Counted from the stretch's first letter, positions 11,640 through 25,388 are shown. The stretch: DNA of 64,000 nucleotides from Octopus sinensis (GCF_006345805.1 NC_042997.1:87544001-87608000), one strand, 5' to 3'. The notes: generated by a model not told the origin, from the sequence alone. Numbers and translations: made by a program.

Positions 11640-12660
11640 TCATTTATTCTTTAAAAATGCAAATTTCCTCATGTGCAAGCATCTCAATGCTTGCTCCCAT
11701 CTAGAATTTATTACATTACCGTTGGATGTGAGAATCCTGTAAAATTCTTCTAAACATAGGTCACATCTATTGGTTCCTAAACACAGGTCACATTTGTATA
11801 GTTTTGTAGTACAAATTAACTCCCATTTATTCATTTAATCCTTGTTATTGTCCTTTAAAGACCAGATTAATTTGCTAAGACTCATTTGGAACCTTTATTT
11901 TTGTCTTTAAATGAACTCAAATGATTTGCCAGTCTCCTCTTGAAAACTAATGATGTCCTACCGATGTAAAAGAATTCCTTACCCTTAGATGTAACTACAT
12001 CTATATAATATATTGTTAGTTTTACACTTACTTTCCACTTAATAGGATTCCCATTTAGAACAATTGCAAAGATAACCTTTTATAATTCCCCCAGATTTAG
12101 ATTCAATTTGATCATTCATTATAGAATTAAATTCATTTTCACCAAGTTCCTTATTACTATTTACTCCTTTAGATTATGTTATTTTTGTCCTTTTTCTAGC
12201 TGAAATTTTATTCGATTTGACATTATTATTTATGTTAAATTGAGTTATTTCCTTTCCCTCAGTTAATTTCTTAGTGTTCCCCACTATTTGAGTTTTTTTA
12301 TTGCATTTGATATTATTATGCTTCAAATTTATTATGCTATTCTGATTGTAATGGCTTTTTTGAAATTTCAATATCATTTTAACATTATGTGCTGCTATAA
12401 TTTGTGCAATATTATGGCTTAGACAATAATCCAATCTAATCTTATGTCAATTAAAAGTTTTGTAATATTTGTGGTTTCTTGGAAAATATTTTTGAATTGC
12501 TATATTAAACAACTTGGTAAAATTGTAATTGACCTGTTTACCAAATAGAATGATTAACCATAAATTATTCTTCAAGTTTAGATCATAATTTTGATGCTTG
12601 TATCTATTTTTTGAAGGAGTAAGTATTCTCTGATTTCAGTCCATTTTAAAGTTAGCGTTT
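11640..12660 (-). pseudogene. Penelope-like element C-terminus (GIY-YIG endonuclease), lineage 2
   Basis: Frameshifted translation QKYFPRNHKYYKTFN, CLSHNIAQIIAAHN, CNCSK...KCKTNNIIY, FYIGRTSLVFKRRLANHLSSF, LSKLIWSLKDNN, RCDLCLEE...NSRWE...CLH. Confidence 0.85.
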
Positions 12661-13439
12661 ATTTTACATTTATTTTTATAGATAGATATGTGTGTGTATA
12701 AACACACACAAGTAGATACCTATATAGATATATGTATACATATCTATGTGTGTGTGTGTATATATGTATGTGTATTAATATATGTGTGTGCGTGTGCGTG
12801 TGCATGTGTGTGTGTGATCACTCAACTCAGTTGGACTCCTAATTATATTTCTATCTCCAAATAAAATCCATGCCACATCCCAGTCCCATCTATACATTAA
12901 TTTATAGGATATTAAAGATCCTTCCATAATAATAAGGATCACTATTCAGTTGCATGTAGCTCGAGGTGTCTTGGTAGATCAAGCATCAACAAGATTTTTA
13001 AGGAAACACCCTGAGTTCCATTTTCCTTCTGAAGGATTGCAGGTGAATTTGATTCCAATACTATATGTTAATGGAACACTTGATGTTTATAAATTGTTTT
13101 TAGTGCTCACAATTGTAGGCTGTACCTATGCTATTATCTATTTACCTATTTATGAGGCAACGTGGTTGCTTGATATGCTAGAAATAGCAACCAGCTCTAT
13201 TTCAGACCATACACTACTATCTTATAAAAAAAGACACATTGGATAATGTAATTGTTAATATAGAAAAACATGGGATGGTCTTTGATGTCTTTGATCATAT
13301 CATTGCTTGATTTGAGCCAAGTTGTGGGGGCTAAACAACTACTATCCTTTTATGAAGCATTAATGCAGTAACTATGCATAAACACTGAACCACAGATAAG
13401 GTACAGCAGCTTTACTGTCTAATTAGTATAACTAGCACT

Positions 13440-13625
13440 CCATCAGTTATGACGATTAAGGTTCCAGTTGATCCAATCAATGGAACAGCCTGCTCATGAA
13501 ATTAACATGCATGTGGCTGAGCACTCCACAGACACAGATCTTTAATGATGTTCTCAGGAAGATTCAGCATGACACAGAATATAACAAGGCTGGCCCTTTG
13601 AAATACAGGTACCACTCAAGTTCAC
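13440..13625 (-). mobile_element. SINE family C, 3' portion
   Basis: GAGCAGGCTGTTCCATTGAT...GGAACCTTAATCGTCATAAC matches the tail of 37346-37655. Confidence 0.7.
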
Positions 13626-14434
13626 TTGAGTGGTAACAATTCAAAGTGAATTACTCCTTTGCAATCCCACCAGATAGAGAGAAGAACCTTTTTTCCATGA
13701 AGTTCCCTTCTCGGTTGTGGTTGAGCTTTTTCCCCTTTACCAGACCACTGTTTACAACGTTTAACATTTTGCTAGAAGATCCATTTTTCATCATCAGTCA
13801 CAAGTCTATCCAAAAAAGGTGAAATGAGTTCGCGAGAATGGAGAGAAGAGCAATGTCATCTTGGGATTTGCGGTTGCTTTCGGACAATTCATGAGGCACT
13901 CATTTTCCAAGTTTAGGAACCTTTCCAAGTTGTTGAAGATGACAATGAACAGTTGTTTGGTTTGAACTAAGCTTTATTGCCAATTCTTCAACTGATAATG
14001 CAGGATTTTCTTTAAGTAATGCCTCAAGGAGCTTATCATCAAACCCAACTGGACGTCCTGTTTGATCTTCATCTTCAAGGCTGAAATCTTCACTTCTGAA
14101 TTTTGCAAACCATCTTCTGCAAGTTCTTTCATTCTAGCATTCTTTCCCATAAACTGAGTGTATGTTTTGAGTCACTTCGGCTGCAGAGTTTCCTTTTTTG
14201 TACTCATAAAGCATTATGTGCCTTAAATGCTCTTTGGATACCTCCATGTTAGAAAGGGTTTAAATGAAAGAAATTTTAATTCTATTATTCAGTAAAATAC
14301 TATTTAATTAGTTTAAATGTACACAAATGCATAAAAATAATTTTTAATTCCATTAGACATTCTAAAATACTATTAAATTTTATTCAATTTTAAAAAAAGA
14401 TAAAATCGGACAGAACTTATGGGATGATTTGATA
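13626..14434 (-). mobile_element. Mariner (DD34D) transposon, 5' half, pseudogenised
   Basis: ATG at 14247: MEVSKEHLRHIMLYEYKKG...TCRRWFAKFRS...GRP...VPHEL...VTDDEKWIF...LLSIWWDCKGVIHFELL; TIR at about 14405-14434. Confidence 0.9.
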
Positions 14435-14809
14435 TTAACTCCTTCTTCTAGCTCTTTACATTCTGAGTTTAAATCCTCCTGTGGCCTACTTAGGTGAGAC
14501 ACTTAATCTGGTGCTCGGTTTAACACCAATATCTGGTCTGTGGGGGGGACTTTAGCGGAGTTCACTCTGTTGTAAATATTCAGACTAAGTGTTTGATTTG
14601 AGGATATTTCCCTGCCTCCCTTGTTCCCACTAGTCTTAGAGTTTGTGTAAAGGACCATGAGCACTGTCCTGCCCTTGTGACTAAGCACTAAAAAAAAAGC
14701 AAAAACAAAAAACAAAAACAAAACAAATTCTCTACTTTAGTCTATTAATGTACATTAACTTTATAAACATAACAGATTGTAAAAACCATGTTTATTTCAC
14801 TCGTTTCAG

Positions 14810-15156
14810 CACAAATCTAACCAAGATGCATGTCAAACAGTCAAGTGAATCTAGTGAAGGGAAAGCTGATGTTAATGAAACACTTTGCGAGAATATTAAA
14901 GTTCCTTTATTAAAAGAAATAAACAAGACAGAAAACGATGCACCTGACAAGAAAAAAGGTCTGGATAATCCAATTTTTGTAATTGAAGTTTTCAATGGTA
15001 ATAATGATCAGGAGAATAATGGCGGAGTAACAGATAAAGAGACTATCAACAGTGTTGGCATTCATCATCGTAAAAATGATGCTAATGCTATTAATATAAG
15101 ATGTGCTTCTGCTGCTGCCAGATGGAATAGTCTAGAAGAGCCACATCACTTTCTAA
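14810..15156 (+). CDS. Candidate host-gene coding exon; product unknown (hydrophilic, low-complexity N-terminus-like)
   Basis: Pyrimidine tract plus CAG acceptor (14807-14809), AA|GTAAGT donor at 15157, stop-free frame across 347 nt of AT-rich non-repeat DNA, ATG at 14826 (MHVKQSSES...GLDNPIFVIE...ARWNSLEEPHHFL). Confidence 0.55.
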
Positions 15157-15589
15157 GTAAGTAATTGTTATTTATTTTATTAGGAAGATATTTTTAACAA
15201 TTTCCTTTTAAACTTTTTCTATTTCTCATTATTTTATAAATATATTGTTGCCTTTTTGTCATTTAAATTGCAATTTCAAAAGAATTACTAAGTGTTTGTG
15301 CTCAAGTGTTATCAAGTTTAATTCAGTATTTTGTCTTTTGCTTTGTATACATACTTTTTTTTTACCTGTTTTCCTATAAGATTTCAGATTGAATCTGTAT
15401 ATTTTGTAAAAAGGTACATCATTAGAAAGGCTATTCCAGAGGCAAAGTAGATGCATGACTGACGTTTTAAGTTACAAACTCTATATCATGAATTTATATT
15501 TTACTGAAAACACTTTCTTGCCTCTCTGGATACTTATTTAAGGACTTAATGCTGCACTGATAACAGGATAAGAAACCAGCCAGGCTGTC

Positions 15590-15910
15590 TGGTGCCATGT
15601 TGGCTCCATTGGCCACAGTATTTGCTTCATTTCCCTCATGCTCTTGCCATTCTCCTTCACGTTGCTCCAAACATTTTTCTTAAATCATCTCCCCACCTGA
15701 TTGGAGGTCTTTTGAGTGGTCTCTTCCACTCACACAGGTGCCACTCAACAACAGCATAGGTCTACCAATCGTCTGTGAACCTTGCAACATGACTGGCCCA
15801 TTGTAGCTTTGCATGGTGGTATTCTGCAACAATGTCCTTCACTCTAGCATCCTTTCCATAGCTCTCTGCATCAAGGCCCAAGTCTCACATGGTGATTTGT
15901 CTTGGTTCGC
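15590..15910 (-). mobile_element. RTE-type LINE 3' ORF fragment
   Basis: Minus strand: KLQWASHVARFTDDW*TYAVVEW...KRPLKRPPIRWGDDL. Confidence 0.7.
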
Positions 15911-16237
15911 TGAGATGGGATGAAAATTTTTTTTAATCATTTTTGATTCCTTTTATATCATAGTCATATAAATGCTTTCCCCACCTGAACAAATACATTT
16001 ATTATATATCTGTAATGAAATAGTTTTTAAAAACGAAATTACTGATTCTAATTTAAATATCAATATGAATTAGTTTAACATTACTCCTTTCTTTTCCTCT
16101 AATACTAATGACTGTTTAGTTCTTCCAAATCCATCCTATTGCCAATTCATTTTTCTTCTCCCATCAAGACATATTTAAATAATGGCTTAAATATTTACTC
16201 CCACCATTTCTAAATTACTCAAATCAAGTATTCCATA

Positions 16238-17439
16238 TATTGGGTTATCCCATACATAATACGTTTTTTTTATACTTCTTTTATTTTTCAAAATTAAGAT
16301 AAACAAAGTTCTTTTTTAATCTAAAATATACTTTCCTTCATTCTATACAATGTTCTTCCATATATCTGGTAGATTTGCAAGGTCCCTCTTCCAAAATTCA
16401 CTCATCTGTGATGAAAAATAATCCTCCAGTACTGTTCTGACCTCGTCTACAGAATTCATATTTTTTCTGTCCAAATGATTTTGAAGACTGCAGAATAAAT
16501 GATAATCAGATGGGGCAATGTCTAGTGAATATGGTGGGTGGGACATTGTTTCCTATTCAAATTGATCTAGCCTTTGGAATGTCATCCCTGTTGTATGTAG
16601 CCAAGCATTATCCTGATGGAAAAGCATTTTTTGTCTTGAAACCAAAGATGGTCGTTTATCTTCTAACACTGACTTAAGCTGCTCAGTAGATCTCCTTTGT
16701 TATCGTTTGGTTTGGGTTTAAAAGTTCAAAGTGGACTAAACCTTTCATATCCCTCCAAGGAGGGATATGAGGCCTGCTATAGCCTGGGGTATCAGTGTTT
16801 CTCCTTTCTCTACCCACTCTTTTTGGCACTTGATATTTTTATAGAGAACCCATTTCTTGTCATCAGTCATTATTTGGTCAAAAGAAGGTTCATTTGTGAC
16901 GTGACAGCAAAGAAGAGCACACATTCACTCTCAGTGTGTGATTAGACTCGGAAAGTTTGTGAGGAAGTCATTGACTCAGTTTGCTGACTTTTCCGATGGC
17001 ACACAGCTGTCAATGAATGGTTGAATGACCAAATCCCAGCTTCAACAGTTACAATGGAATTTTGTTCCACAAGTGTTTGCAGGACGTCTTCATCAAGTTC
17101 TACAGATCTTCCAAAGTGAGGCAGGTCTTCTAGGCTGTAGTTTCTGACTCAGAATTTCTGGAAGCATCGTTGACACTGGCTTATGCTTATTGTCTGATCC
17201 CTATATGCTGCATTAATATTCCTCACACTTTCCATTGTGTTATTGCCTTTATTGAACTCATAAAGCAAAATAACTGTTAAAACTGAACTGCACTCTTCAA
17301 AATTTGTACTAAGAATAACTACAAGGTAAAATTACTACCTGCTTTTATAGCAGTTGATGCAGGTAGTTTATCCCATCCCTCTTCGACTTTTAATTCATGC
17401 AATTGAAAAAAACCACATCATTTATGGGATGACCCAATA
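16238..17439 (-). mobile_element. Near full-length decayed mariner (DD34D) transposon
   Basis: TIRs TATTGGGTTATCCCATA / TATGGGATGACCCAATA; transposase remnants including MTDDKKW, HQDNAWLH, HPPYSLDIAPSDYHLF. Confidence 0.9.
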
Positions 17440-17870
17440 TTTTTATCCTTTCGTTGAATTCCATTTATCATTAAACATTTGGTAGCATATTATCTGAAGA
17501 AGCTGTGTTTTATGAAGATCTGATCTTACATAATGTAACATGATGTTGCATATTTTTACGTGCCAAATTATATAATGTACCCACCCTTTAAATAAAATTT
17601 GTTATTGAAACATGCAAAACATCCATTTGCTTCATCCTTATTATTATAAATAACATTGCATTAAATGTACCAATTATTCCTTTGATATATGCTTGGATTT
17701 GCAGGATACCAAATATCAGTGAACCATCTTTTCAACTCTGCATTGACCATGGATTTGAATGGTTAATTTATCTGGAATAAACAGTCCAGCCCTAACATGC
17801 AGTGTGCTTCACTGTTGATGTGCCTCGATCTAATTTAATTGACCACTTCTTTTTTTTATTATGTGTGTGC

Positions 17871-17906
<36 letters not shown>

Positions 17907-18129
17907 GTCCAACCCATATCAGCCTGGAAAACAGGTGTTAAATGAAAGGTTTAGTTACATGTCTTGTGAAATTACTAATATATATATCATGTAAACTTTT
18001 TCAAATGCTCCTCTGTAGTCATTGAGAACTTTGTCTAGCTAGGTGATCTAATTAGCAATAAAGATGATCTAATTAGTAATGAAGATAACTTCAGCAATGG
18101 AGGTGTCTGTTCTGAAACCGTAGCTGTTA

Positions 18130-18665
18130 AAATAAGAATGGAGTGGAAAAAGTTCAGGGAACTTTGCTAGCAAAAATGTTTCTTCCTCTGAGTGAAGAGT
18201 AAATTCTATGAAGCTTGTGTAAGACTGGCAGTGGGACATGGTAGTGAAACATGAGCTTTCAATGTGAAGGATCTGTGAAGACTAGAAAGAACTGAAGAGA
18301 GTATACTCTGTTGTATGTATAATGTTTGTGTGCCTCAGTGATGAAGCATATATGAGCTGAGAAAAAAACTAGATATATGAGGAATTGGATGTTGTATGTG
18401 AGAAAGAGGATTACATTGGTGTTGACATGCGATGTATATGGAAGATGTGAGTGGGATAAAGAAATACTGAGTATTCCAAGTGGATAAAATATGCGGATGA
18501 GGGAAACTAATATGACATGGGATGAAGTGGTGAAACTGATTTTGAAAGGCTGAGCTTACATGACAGAAAGAACAAAGGACTATGACCTGTGGTGAAACAT
18601 TGTGCTGGAGAAAATCCACCCAACCTATATAGCCATGGAAAAATAGGCATAAACATGATTATAAC
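18130..18665 (+). mobile_element. RTE LINE 3' end, heavily decayed
   Basis: Homologous to 38900-39350 (LRVK..YEACV...HGSET...RLER...WDEVVK.D). Confidence 0.7.
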
Positions 18666-21600
18666 AGCAATGGATTTGGGTACATATAACATCTACATTT
18701 GGATCTCTCTCTCATATGAATTCTTCATATATTCTCCGTCTTTTCATTAATCTCTTGTCTGTCACATTCTCATCTTCAGTCTGTGTGCTTACCTATTTTC
18801 ACTCTAGTTCTCTTTTTTCTCTCTCTCTCTCTCCCATCAGTGTACAAAGTGGTGGTATGTTTGTATTCTATTCTCACTTTACTGCCATCCCTACTTTTTA
18901 ATAGGCACCACTCTCTCTCCTCCTCATTATACCTTCCTCATTTTGTATTGTTTACATGATTTTCCAAAAACCACAGAACTCATACTTATTTTCTATTGAC
19001 ACCCTAATTTTAATAAGACTGTATGAAACTAAAAGTGTTTTAAAGATAAAATTTATTCATACACATAAGAAATATAATGTTATACAATCTAATAATGTTA
19101 GATCATAATATTACCTTCAAATGGTGAATAATGAATGGTGGAAACTAAATTTTTATTTAATTATATTTGATGATCACCTTCCTTGTGGAATCTCAAAATA
19201 TTGTGGCGGAACTTTGATGTTCCTCAGAATTCACTTTTAGAAATACTGGCTTAATGAATAAGTGTATTACTAGCCTTAGTTTATGGATAAAGGTGCCTAG
19301 TTCAAATCCAGTTGGGTATATGCATATTTTCAGGAATAAAATACCTAATAATGACCATCAGAGATCAAACTGATTGAAATACTTTGTAGATTTATTCTAT
19401 TTTTTTTTTTAATTATGAGCTTGTAAAAGGAGGTTACTCTAACAATTATAATCTAATTAACAATTCATCTCTGACAGAACCCTTTCAATACTGACCCTTG
19501 TAATACAGCCAGATGTCAATTGTTAAAGAGTAAGGCTTGGTAACATTTCCCATACATAGATATCCTCTTATTCCTGCCCTCACTTTTAACCTAGTGGATG
19601 TGATGGCTGAAGAAAAAGAGGGCTGTACCAGCACCTGTTTGATGTTCATTACAGCTGAGTAGACTACAGCAACATGAAATGAAGTGTCTCACTCAAGGAC
19701 ACAACACATTGCCTGATGTAAGAATTGAACCAACAGCCTTATGATCATGATCCTCCTGTGACTACTTTTAGTTAAATGTTCATATTTATTATATTTGATA
19801 GTGCATAAGGTACACCTTTTTCACCAAAGCAATCAATATGAATCCAAAGCTTGCAAACTATGGTAGAAATGTATGAAGGAGTATAAAAAATTGTCATAAA
19901 CATCAGACTGTTTGGGTGTTTGATGTTTTTGACAAGCAAATAATACTAAAATGTTTGTAAGTCAATTTACCAGTATATCTGCTGGGGTGTATTAGTGGAA
20001 AAGAATACTGTTACTCTTAGTTTAGACATAAAGGTTCCCACTTTACTGCATGCATCAGTGGCTTAATGTAGATGTAAATATAAAATATTTTACATCTCTA
20101 AAGACGAAGTTAATACTGAAAGAATAAATATTATTGTGTAAAACAATAATTATTATTATTTTGATAGCCATGCCATTATAGTTTCTTTTCAGTTAGGTAC
20201 CAGACCAAACATTATAGATGAGAGAGTGAAGTCAGATGAAGTCAAACACAAAGGAATGAAGTGCAAAGTCATTCATTGCCAGTGTAAAATTCACATTATA
20301 GACAGAAAACTAAATACTGTAAAACATTTAGTTCACAAAATGCAATAAAATAATTTGCTGTGAGGAAGAAGAAAAATCTAATGTTTTAAGCAGAAACCTT
20401 CATATCTTTTTGATGTAGATTTCTGCTTGAAATGTTAAATTCTCTTCATCCTCATAGCTAAATTACTTATTCCACTATGTGAACTTTTTGTATTACTATT
20501 TGTTGATGTAGGCTGTCATTAGTTCCCTCTGACACTACTTACTATTTTATTGCAAAACAATTTGGTCTGTGTGCTACTGTTTCTACTAAATCACCAGTAG
20601 ATTATGAAGTTGATAATGAAAAATATTTTAATAGATGCTTTCAAGTGAACATCTATGGATATCAAATACAATTTAGCAATGTAGAACATTTGGAGATAGT
20701 CATAATGCTTAACAGACAGCCCCAGGTGTACACTTGTGAATAACAAACATAATATAATATAAACTGCTAGAGATAATTGCTAATAAATAGACCAAGTAGG
20801 AGACTTATGAATATTACTAAAATATTGCTTAACTGTTCAAGCATGATGATTTAAAAGACATTTGGTTTCTAGCTAAAATATAAACTTAACATTAAAAACA
20901 CATTTAATGTACAAATCCTTTCATTGTATGGAAATGAATTTATACAGGAAAACAAACAATAAAACAAATATATTCATGAAGTTAAATTCCTCTATTGATT
21001 AGCGGATTCTTATTGGTGGTATATTTTCATTGATTGATTTTCATTATTTATTATTTATTTTGTTTGGTTTTGTTTCTTGTTTGCATCTTTTTACCCTTCT
21101 GCCATAATTTTATCTGAGATCAGCGGTTGAGTGAAATATGTTTCTGAACTAAATTAACACAGTTGACTAACATTGATTTTAAATTCTGATAGCCTTACAT
21201 TTCAGAGACCTATGTAAAATATCTTACTAATTATGTATGCTCCAATGCACACACTGATCATGATATGTTCATGATTGCACATACAACAGCAGAAAATGAT
21301 ATTCTACAACTTGAAGTTTCTTGTTTATAAATGCAAATGCACACACGCCTTCAAATGATGTGTTAAAAATGAGCTGCAATTTTGTTTAGATAATATTTTA
21401 TGATTTGGAAGCAGATAGCTATCTGACAATAAAGCATATTATCATCTTTTTCCTTCTGTCTCTACCGACCCCACTGTCTCTCCTCTTCTTCTGTTTCCTC
21501 TTCACTTCCCCTTCCTTTCCTTACAACTAGTTTTGGCTGATAAAAATCAGATTAAGGTGTTTAATGAAGACCATGTCTGATGTAGGATAGGTGTGACATA

Positions 21601-22000
21601 TTGGCAGACATTAGGATGTTGACAAAATACCATGTAACTTCTGATTCTCTCTGATCTGAGTTCAAATACCATCAAGGGCAACTTTGCCTTTTATCTTTTC
21701 ACAGTTGATAAATAAGGAACCACTCCAGAGGGGTGAATTTGTTGAGTAGTCAGAGAGTAAGATGAAATGTTTTGCAGTACTTGTTCCAGCTTTTTACATT
21801 GACTAATCTGTTAAGTATCAGATCAACATTTATTTATGTGTTTTTCTGATGGTAAGAGAACAAGGTAGTGTTTGTGAAACTTGGGTATAATAAATACCAT
21901 GTACTTTTATTTGATAGACCTGTTGATTGTTAGTTTTGTTGCTGTTGTGTATGTCTTTTGCTGACATGTACACACACGACCCAGTTAATATATATATATA

Positions 22001-22398
22001 TGGAGTGGCTGTGTGGTAAGTAGCTTGCTTACCAACCACATATTTCCAGGTTCAGTTCCACTGCGTGGCACCTTGGGCAAGTGTCTTCTACTATAGCCTC
22101 AGGCTGTCCAAAGCCTTGTGAGTGGATTTGGTAGATGGAAAATGAAAGAAGCCCATATTATATATGTATATAAATATATATATGTGTGTGTGTGTTTGTG
22201 TGTCTGTGTTCGTCCCCCCAACATTGCTTGACAACCGATGCTGGTGTGTTTATGTCCTCGTAACTTAGTGGTTCGGCAAAAGAGACCGATAGAATAAGTA
22301 CTAGGCTTACGAAGAATAAGTCCTGGCGTCAGTTTTCTTGACTAAAGGCGGTGCTCCAGCATGGCTGCAGTCAAATGACTGAAACAAGTAAAAGAGTA
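22001..22398 (+). mobile_element. SINE family B, near full length
   Basis: Head, internal (TA)n(TG)n and tail all match the other family B copies. Confidence 0.85.
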
Positions 22399-22403
22399 AA
22401 TGA

Positions 22404-22439
<36 letters not shown>

Positions 22440-22984
22440 GCATATGTAATAAAATTGAATCTGAGACTATGTGACTGGGAAGCAAACTTTTTAATCATGC
22501 AGCCATGCCAACCCACAACAAAGACAAGATAATAGTTGATAGAAACAGTGACAGAAAATTTTGTTTGATCAGTTGCTTCTGTATCATTGGTCTTCTGGTT
22601 TGGCTGATAAAAGCTACTTAATACAAGTGACACTAATGTTATTTACAAATATATATTTACAAATACTAACTGCAATCTAAGATAGCATGTGTAATGTTAA
22701 ATAATAGCTTCAATAGCTGTTTATCCTTGTGTAAGTATGATTAAGTATCTTTTTAAGTGTAATTAAATATCTTGTTAGTCGAATTAAGTGTTTTGTAAGT
22801 AAAATTAAGTGTCAACAAAGGTCTGAGAGCATACTGAATTTATATGAAATTCTATTGACATCAACTAGTTGAGAAATAGTAGGAGCAACTATAAGATCTA
22901 ATCCTTGACTAAACAAAGATTAAAATCTTTTTGTCTAGTGAAATCAAACTCTTTCCATCACACAGTTTGAATTTAACATGGTAA

Positions 22985-23140
22985 GCTATCATCACCATCA
23001 TCCTCGTTTAACGTCTGCTTTTCATGCTAGTGTGTGTTGGACAATGTGACTGAGGACTGGCGAATCAGATGGCTGCACCAGGCTCAAATCTTGATCTGGC
23101 AGAGTTTCTACAGCTGGATGTTCTTCCTAACGCCAACCAT
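22985..23140. repeat. Interspersed repeat (CATCATCAT...TTTAACGTC...CAGCTGGATG.CCTTCCTAACGCCAACC); relatives near 8860, 26395, 45650 and 55385
   Basis: At least 5 related segments in the window, usually starting with a (CAT)n tract; possibly derived from a LINE 3' end. Confidence 0.65.
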
Positions 23141-23141
23141 T

Positions 23142-23182
23142 ATCAATATTTCTAGACTTTCCTAGTCTCATCTTCAGGTTGG
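23142..23182 (-). ncRNA. Decayed hammerhead motif
   Basis: Minus strand: CCAAC-CUGAAGA-UG-AGACU(AGGAA)AGUCU-A-GAAAUAUU-GAU. 5-bp stem II, AAUAUU palindrome (possible CpG decay of AACGUU), weak stem I. Confidence 0.45.
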
Positions 23183-24345
23183 TGTGATGCTGTCATATGT
23201 TGCTACCTTTTTAAAGTAAGCAGAACCAATGATGTTGGTGCAGACATTATCACCAGAATGTGAATTTTCACTGTTGGCTTCAAGCTAACAAAACAATAAT
23301 CATTTATACAACTATCATTTAAATTAACGAGTTGCATTCTCCTCATGGTACTTGCTAACGGCTTAGTGGACTGATTCTTTCAGAGTTCAGTTTAAGATCT
23401 TTGAGAATTGTGTATCTTTTTTAAAGAGACAGGATAATGCTGGTGATTAAATGTAGTCAACATCCAGCCAACTTGACCAGATTCAAGTCACACAATAGGA
23501 ATTTTGTAGCTTATAATATAAATCAAAATAGTAGCGCATATGACTTAAAGTATAAATACTAGCTATAGTACAAAACTTATGGCATACACTTAATATATCT
23601 GTCTCAGTAAATGATACATAGTTGATCACAGACTAGTGATGTATAAGTGGACAAAGCTTGCATAAACTGCAATAGAAATGTAATCTTTATAGAGGACATA
23701 GTTGGATATAAATTTAATCTCAGTATTAACAACATATTTGCTTTTTTCGGTGCTTTTGAAGCTCACACAACTGAAATAAGAAGTGAATGAATATATAAGG
23801 TGCTGCAGAATCTTGCCATGTTGAAGAGAGTTGTGAGTAAATAATATCTGAAATGAATGTAATGTAGTAAATAGAATGCCTCTACCCACCATTATCGGAA
23901 AAAATGGTCATGATTACAATTTCTAATATTGCCCTTAAACTAATCAAATGATATTTAATCTTATTTGACTCCCTGCCCCCAAGGAATTTTCATAGCTCTA
24001 TTTTTAATCCCCAGAGAACATTATATAAGCTGCCATTCCATCTTGGAAGAACCATTTTACTAAAAAAAAAAAAAAATCAAGCAATATCTCTTTTGTGCCC
24101 CATACAGCATTAGATTTCCCTCTCATTTATTTTGTTAGGTATCACTTACCAGATGAGAGCAGCTCTAAAACTATATATCTTGTTATAATGAGTTATGTTC
24201 AATGCATGAACAATAATTTAAAGCTCAATACATTATGCTACAAATGAATTGTGAATAGTATAGACATATTCAGCCACATCACTTGTAGTGTAAGGATGCA
24301 ATATATGTACAGGACAAATTTATAAAAAAACCAAGGATGCATGTA

Positions 24346-24390
<45 letters not shown>

Positions 24391-24659
24391 ATGCGCATGT
24401 GTGTGTGTGTGTGTTCATTTGTGCATATCATACATGTACACGTGTGCATGTGTATGTATGTATGTATGTATGCATGTATGTATGTTTCTATGTTTGTATG
24501 TATGTGTGAATAAATGACTTCCTGTGTCATTGCTGGCTCTTGAACTACTTATACCTTGGAGAAAAAGTGTGATGCCATCCTGACAAAAAGTGTGATGCCG
24601 TTTCTGGATTGCAAAGATGTGCCTACATTCTATTCCTTATCATGAGACCATAAAAGAAT

Positions 24660-25060
24660 GTTTTCATTGGTTTTAAATTACTTCTAGCAGATCACTCTTT
24701 GAAATCAGCTGTCAGCTGCTGAGGTGCTCACTTGAAACATACCTTCCAATACCCCAAATTTTCTTCCATCTTCTCTAATTTATTGTAACCACATTCCAGT
24801 TGTACAATGAGGTCATGGCTTGTGACACATCTTTTGGCAGGAATCAATTCATTTACTTGTTATTGAGTCATGTCAGTGATGGTCCTCCACTGTGTAGTTT
24901 ATCTTCAATGCTGGTTTTCTCTTCTTTAAATGTCTTTATCAATTTGAGCACATTGCTCTTGTCGATGGTGTCATCTCTATAAGCAACTTATAGCCTTCTG
25001 TGGTTGTCAGACGGCCTGCACTCTTCCTATGTCAAGAACTTAATGAGGTTCTGCTTGGAT
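24660..25060 (-). mobile_element. Old mariner transposase N-terminal remnant
   Basis: Minus strand: YRDDTIDKSNVLKLIKTFKEEKTSIEDKLHSGGPS, resembling the mariner HTH ...F..G..S.ED..RSGRP. Confidence 0.6.
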
Positions 25061-25337
25061 TCCATTATTTGTATGCTATGATGATGATGATGACAATGAT
25101 TAAGAAGAAGAAGGAGAGTGGCTGTAGAATAAGCGCTACTCTATCAACATATGCAATTTGAATGTCATTTAAAAAAGTGTTATGTTCACTTTTACATTAC
25201 TTTTGGTATAAGACTTGTATATTTATAAACTGGAATTTTTTAATGATAGCATACAGTGAGTACCAACAATGTGTTAAAATCTATAAGGTAAACTTATGCA
25301 TTACTTTTAAAAATATTCATATATTTTAAAGACTTAC

Positions 25338-25388
25338 TTTGTTCGTAAATAGTGCAGAAAATGTGAAATACATAGAATTGCAAATGCC
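25338..25388 (-). CDS. Possible 51-nt internal exon
   Basis: TCTTTTTCAG| acceptor and AAA|GTAAGT donor; two frames open (GICNSMYFTFSALFTNK or AFAILCISHFLHYLRT). Confidence 0.3.

Noticed and set aside
13148-13195. TATGA-GGCAAC(GTG)GTTGC-TTGATA...GAAATAG as a hammerhead ghost
   Set aside because: Needs a 3-4 nt deletion plus several core changes; CTAGAAATAGCA is a motif seen in other repeats in the window.
18293-18315. CTGAAGA followed by the GAGTATACTC palindrome
   Set aside because: No GAAA follows; it lies inside an RTE coding remnant.
20193-22980. Possible downstream exons for the 14810 exon (acceptors near 17703, 20192, 21198 and 22938)
   Set aside because: In the required phase 1 each reaches a stop before a credible donor.
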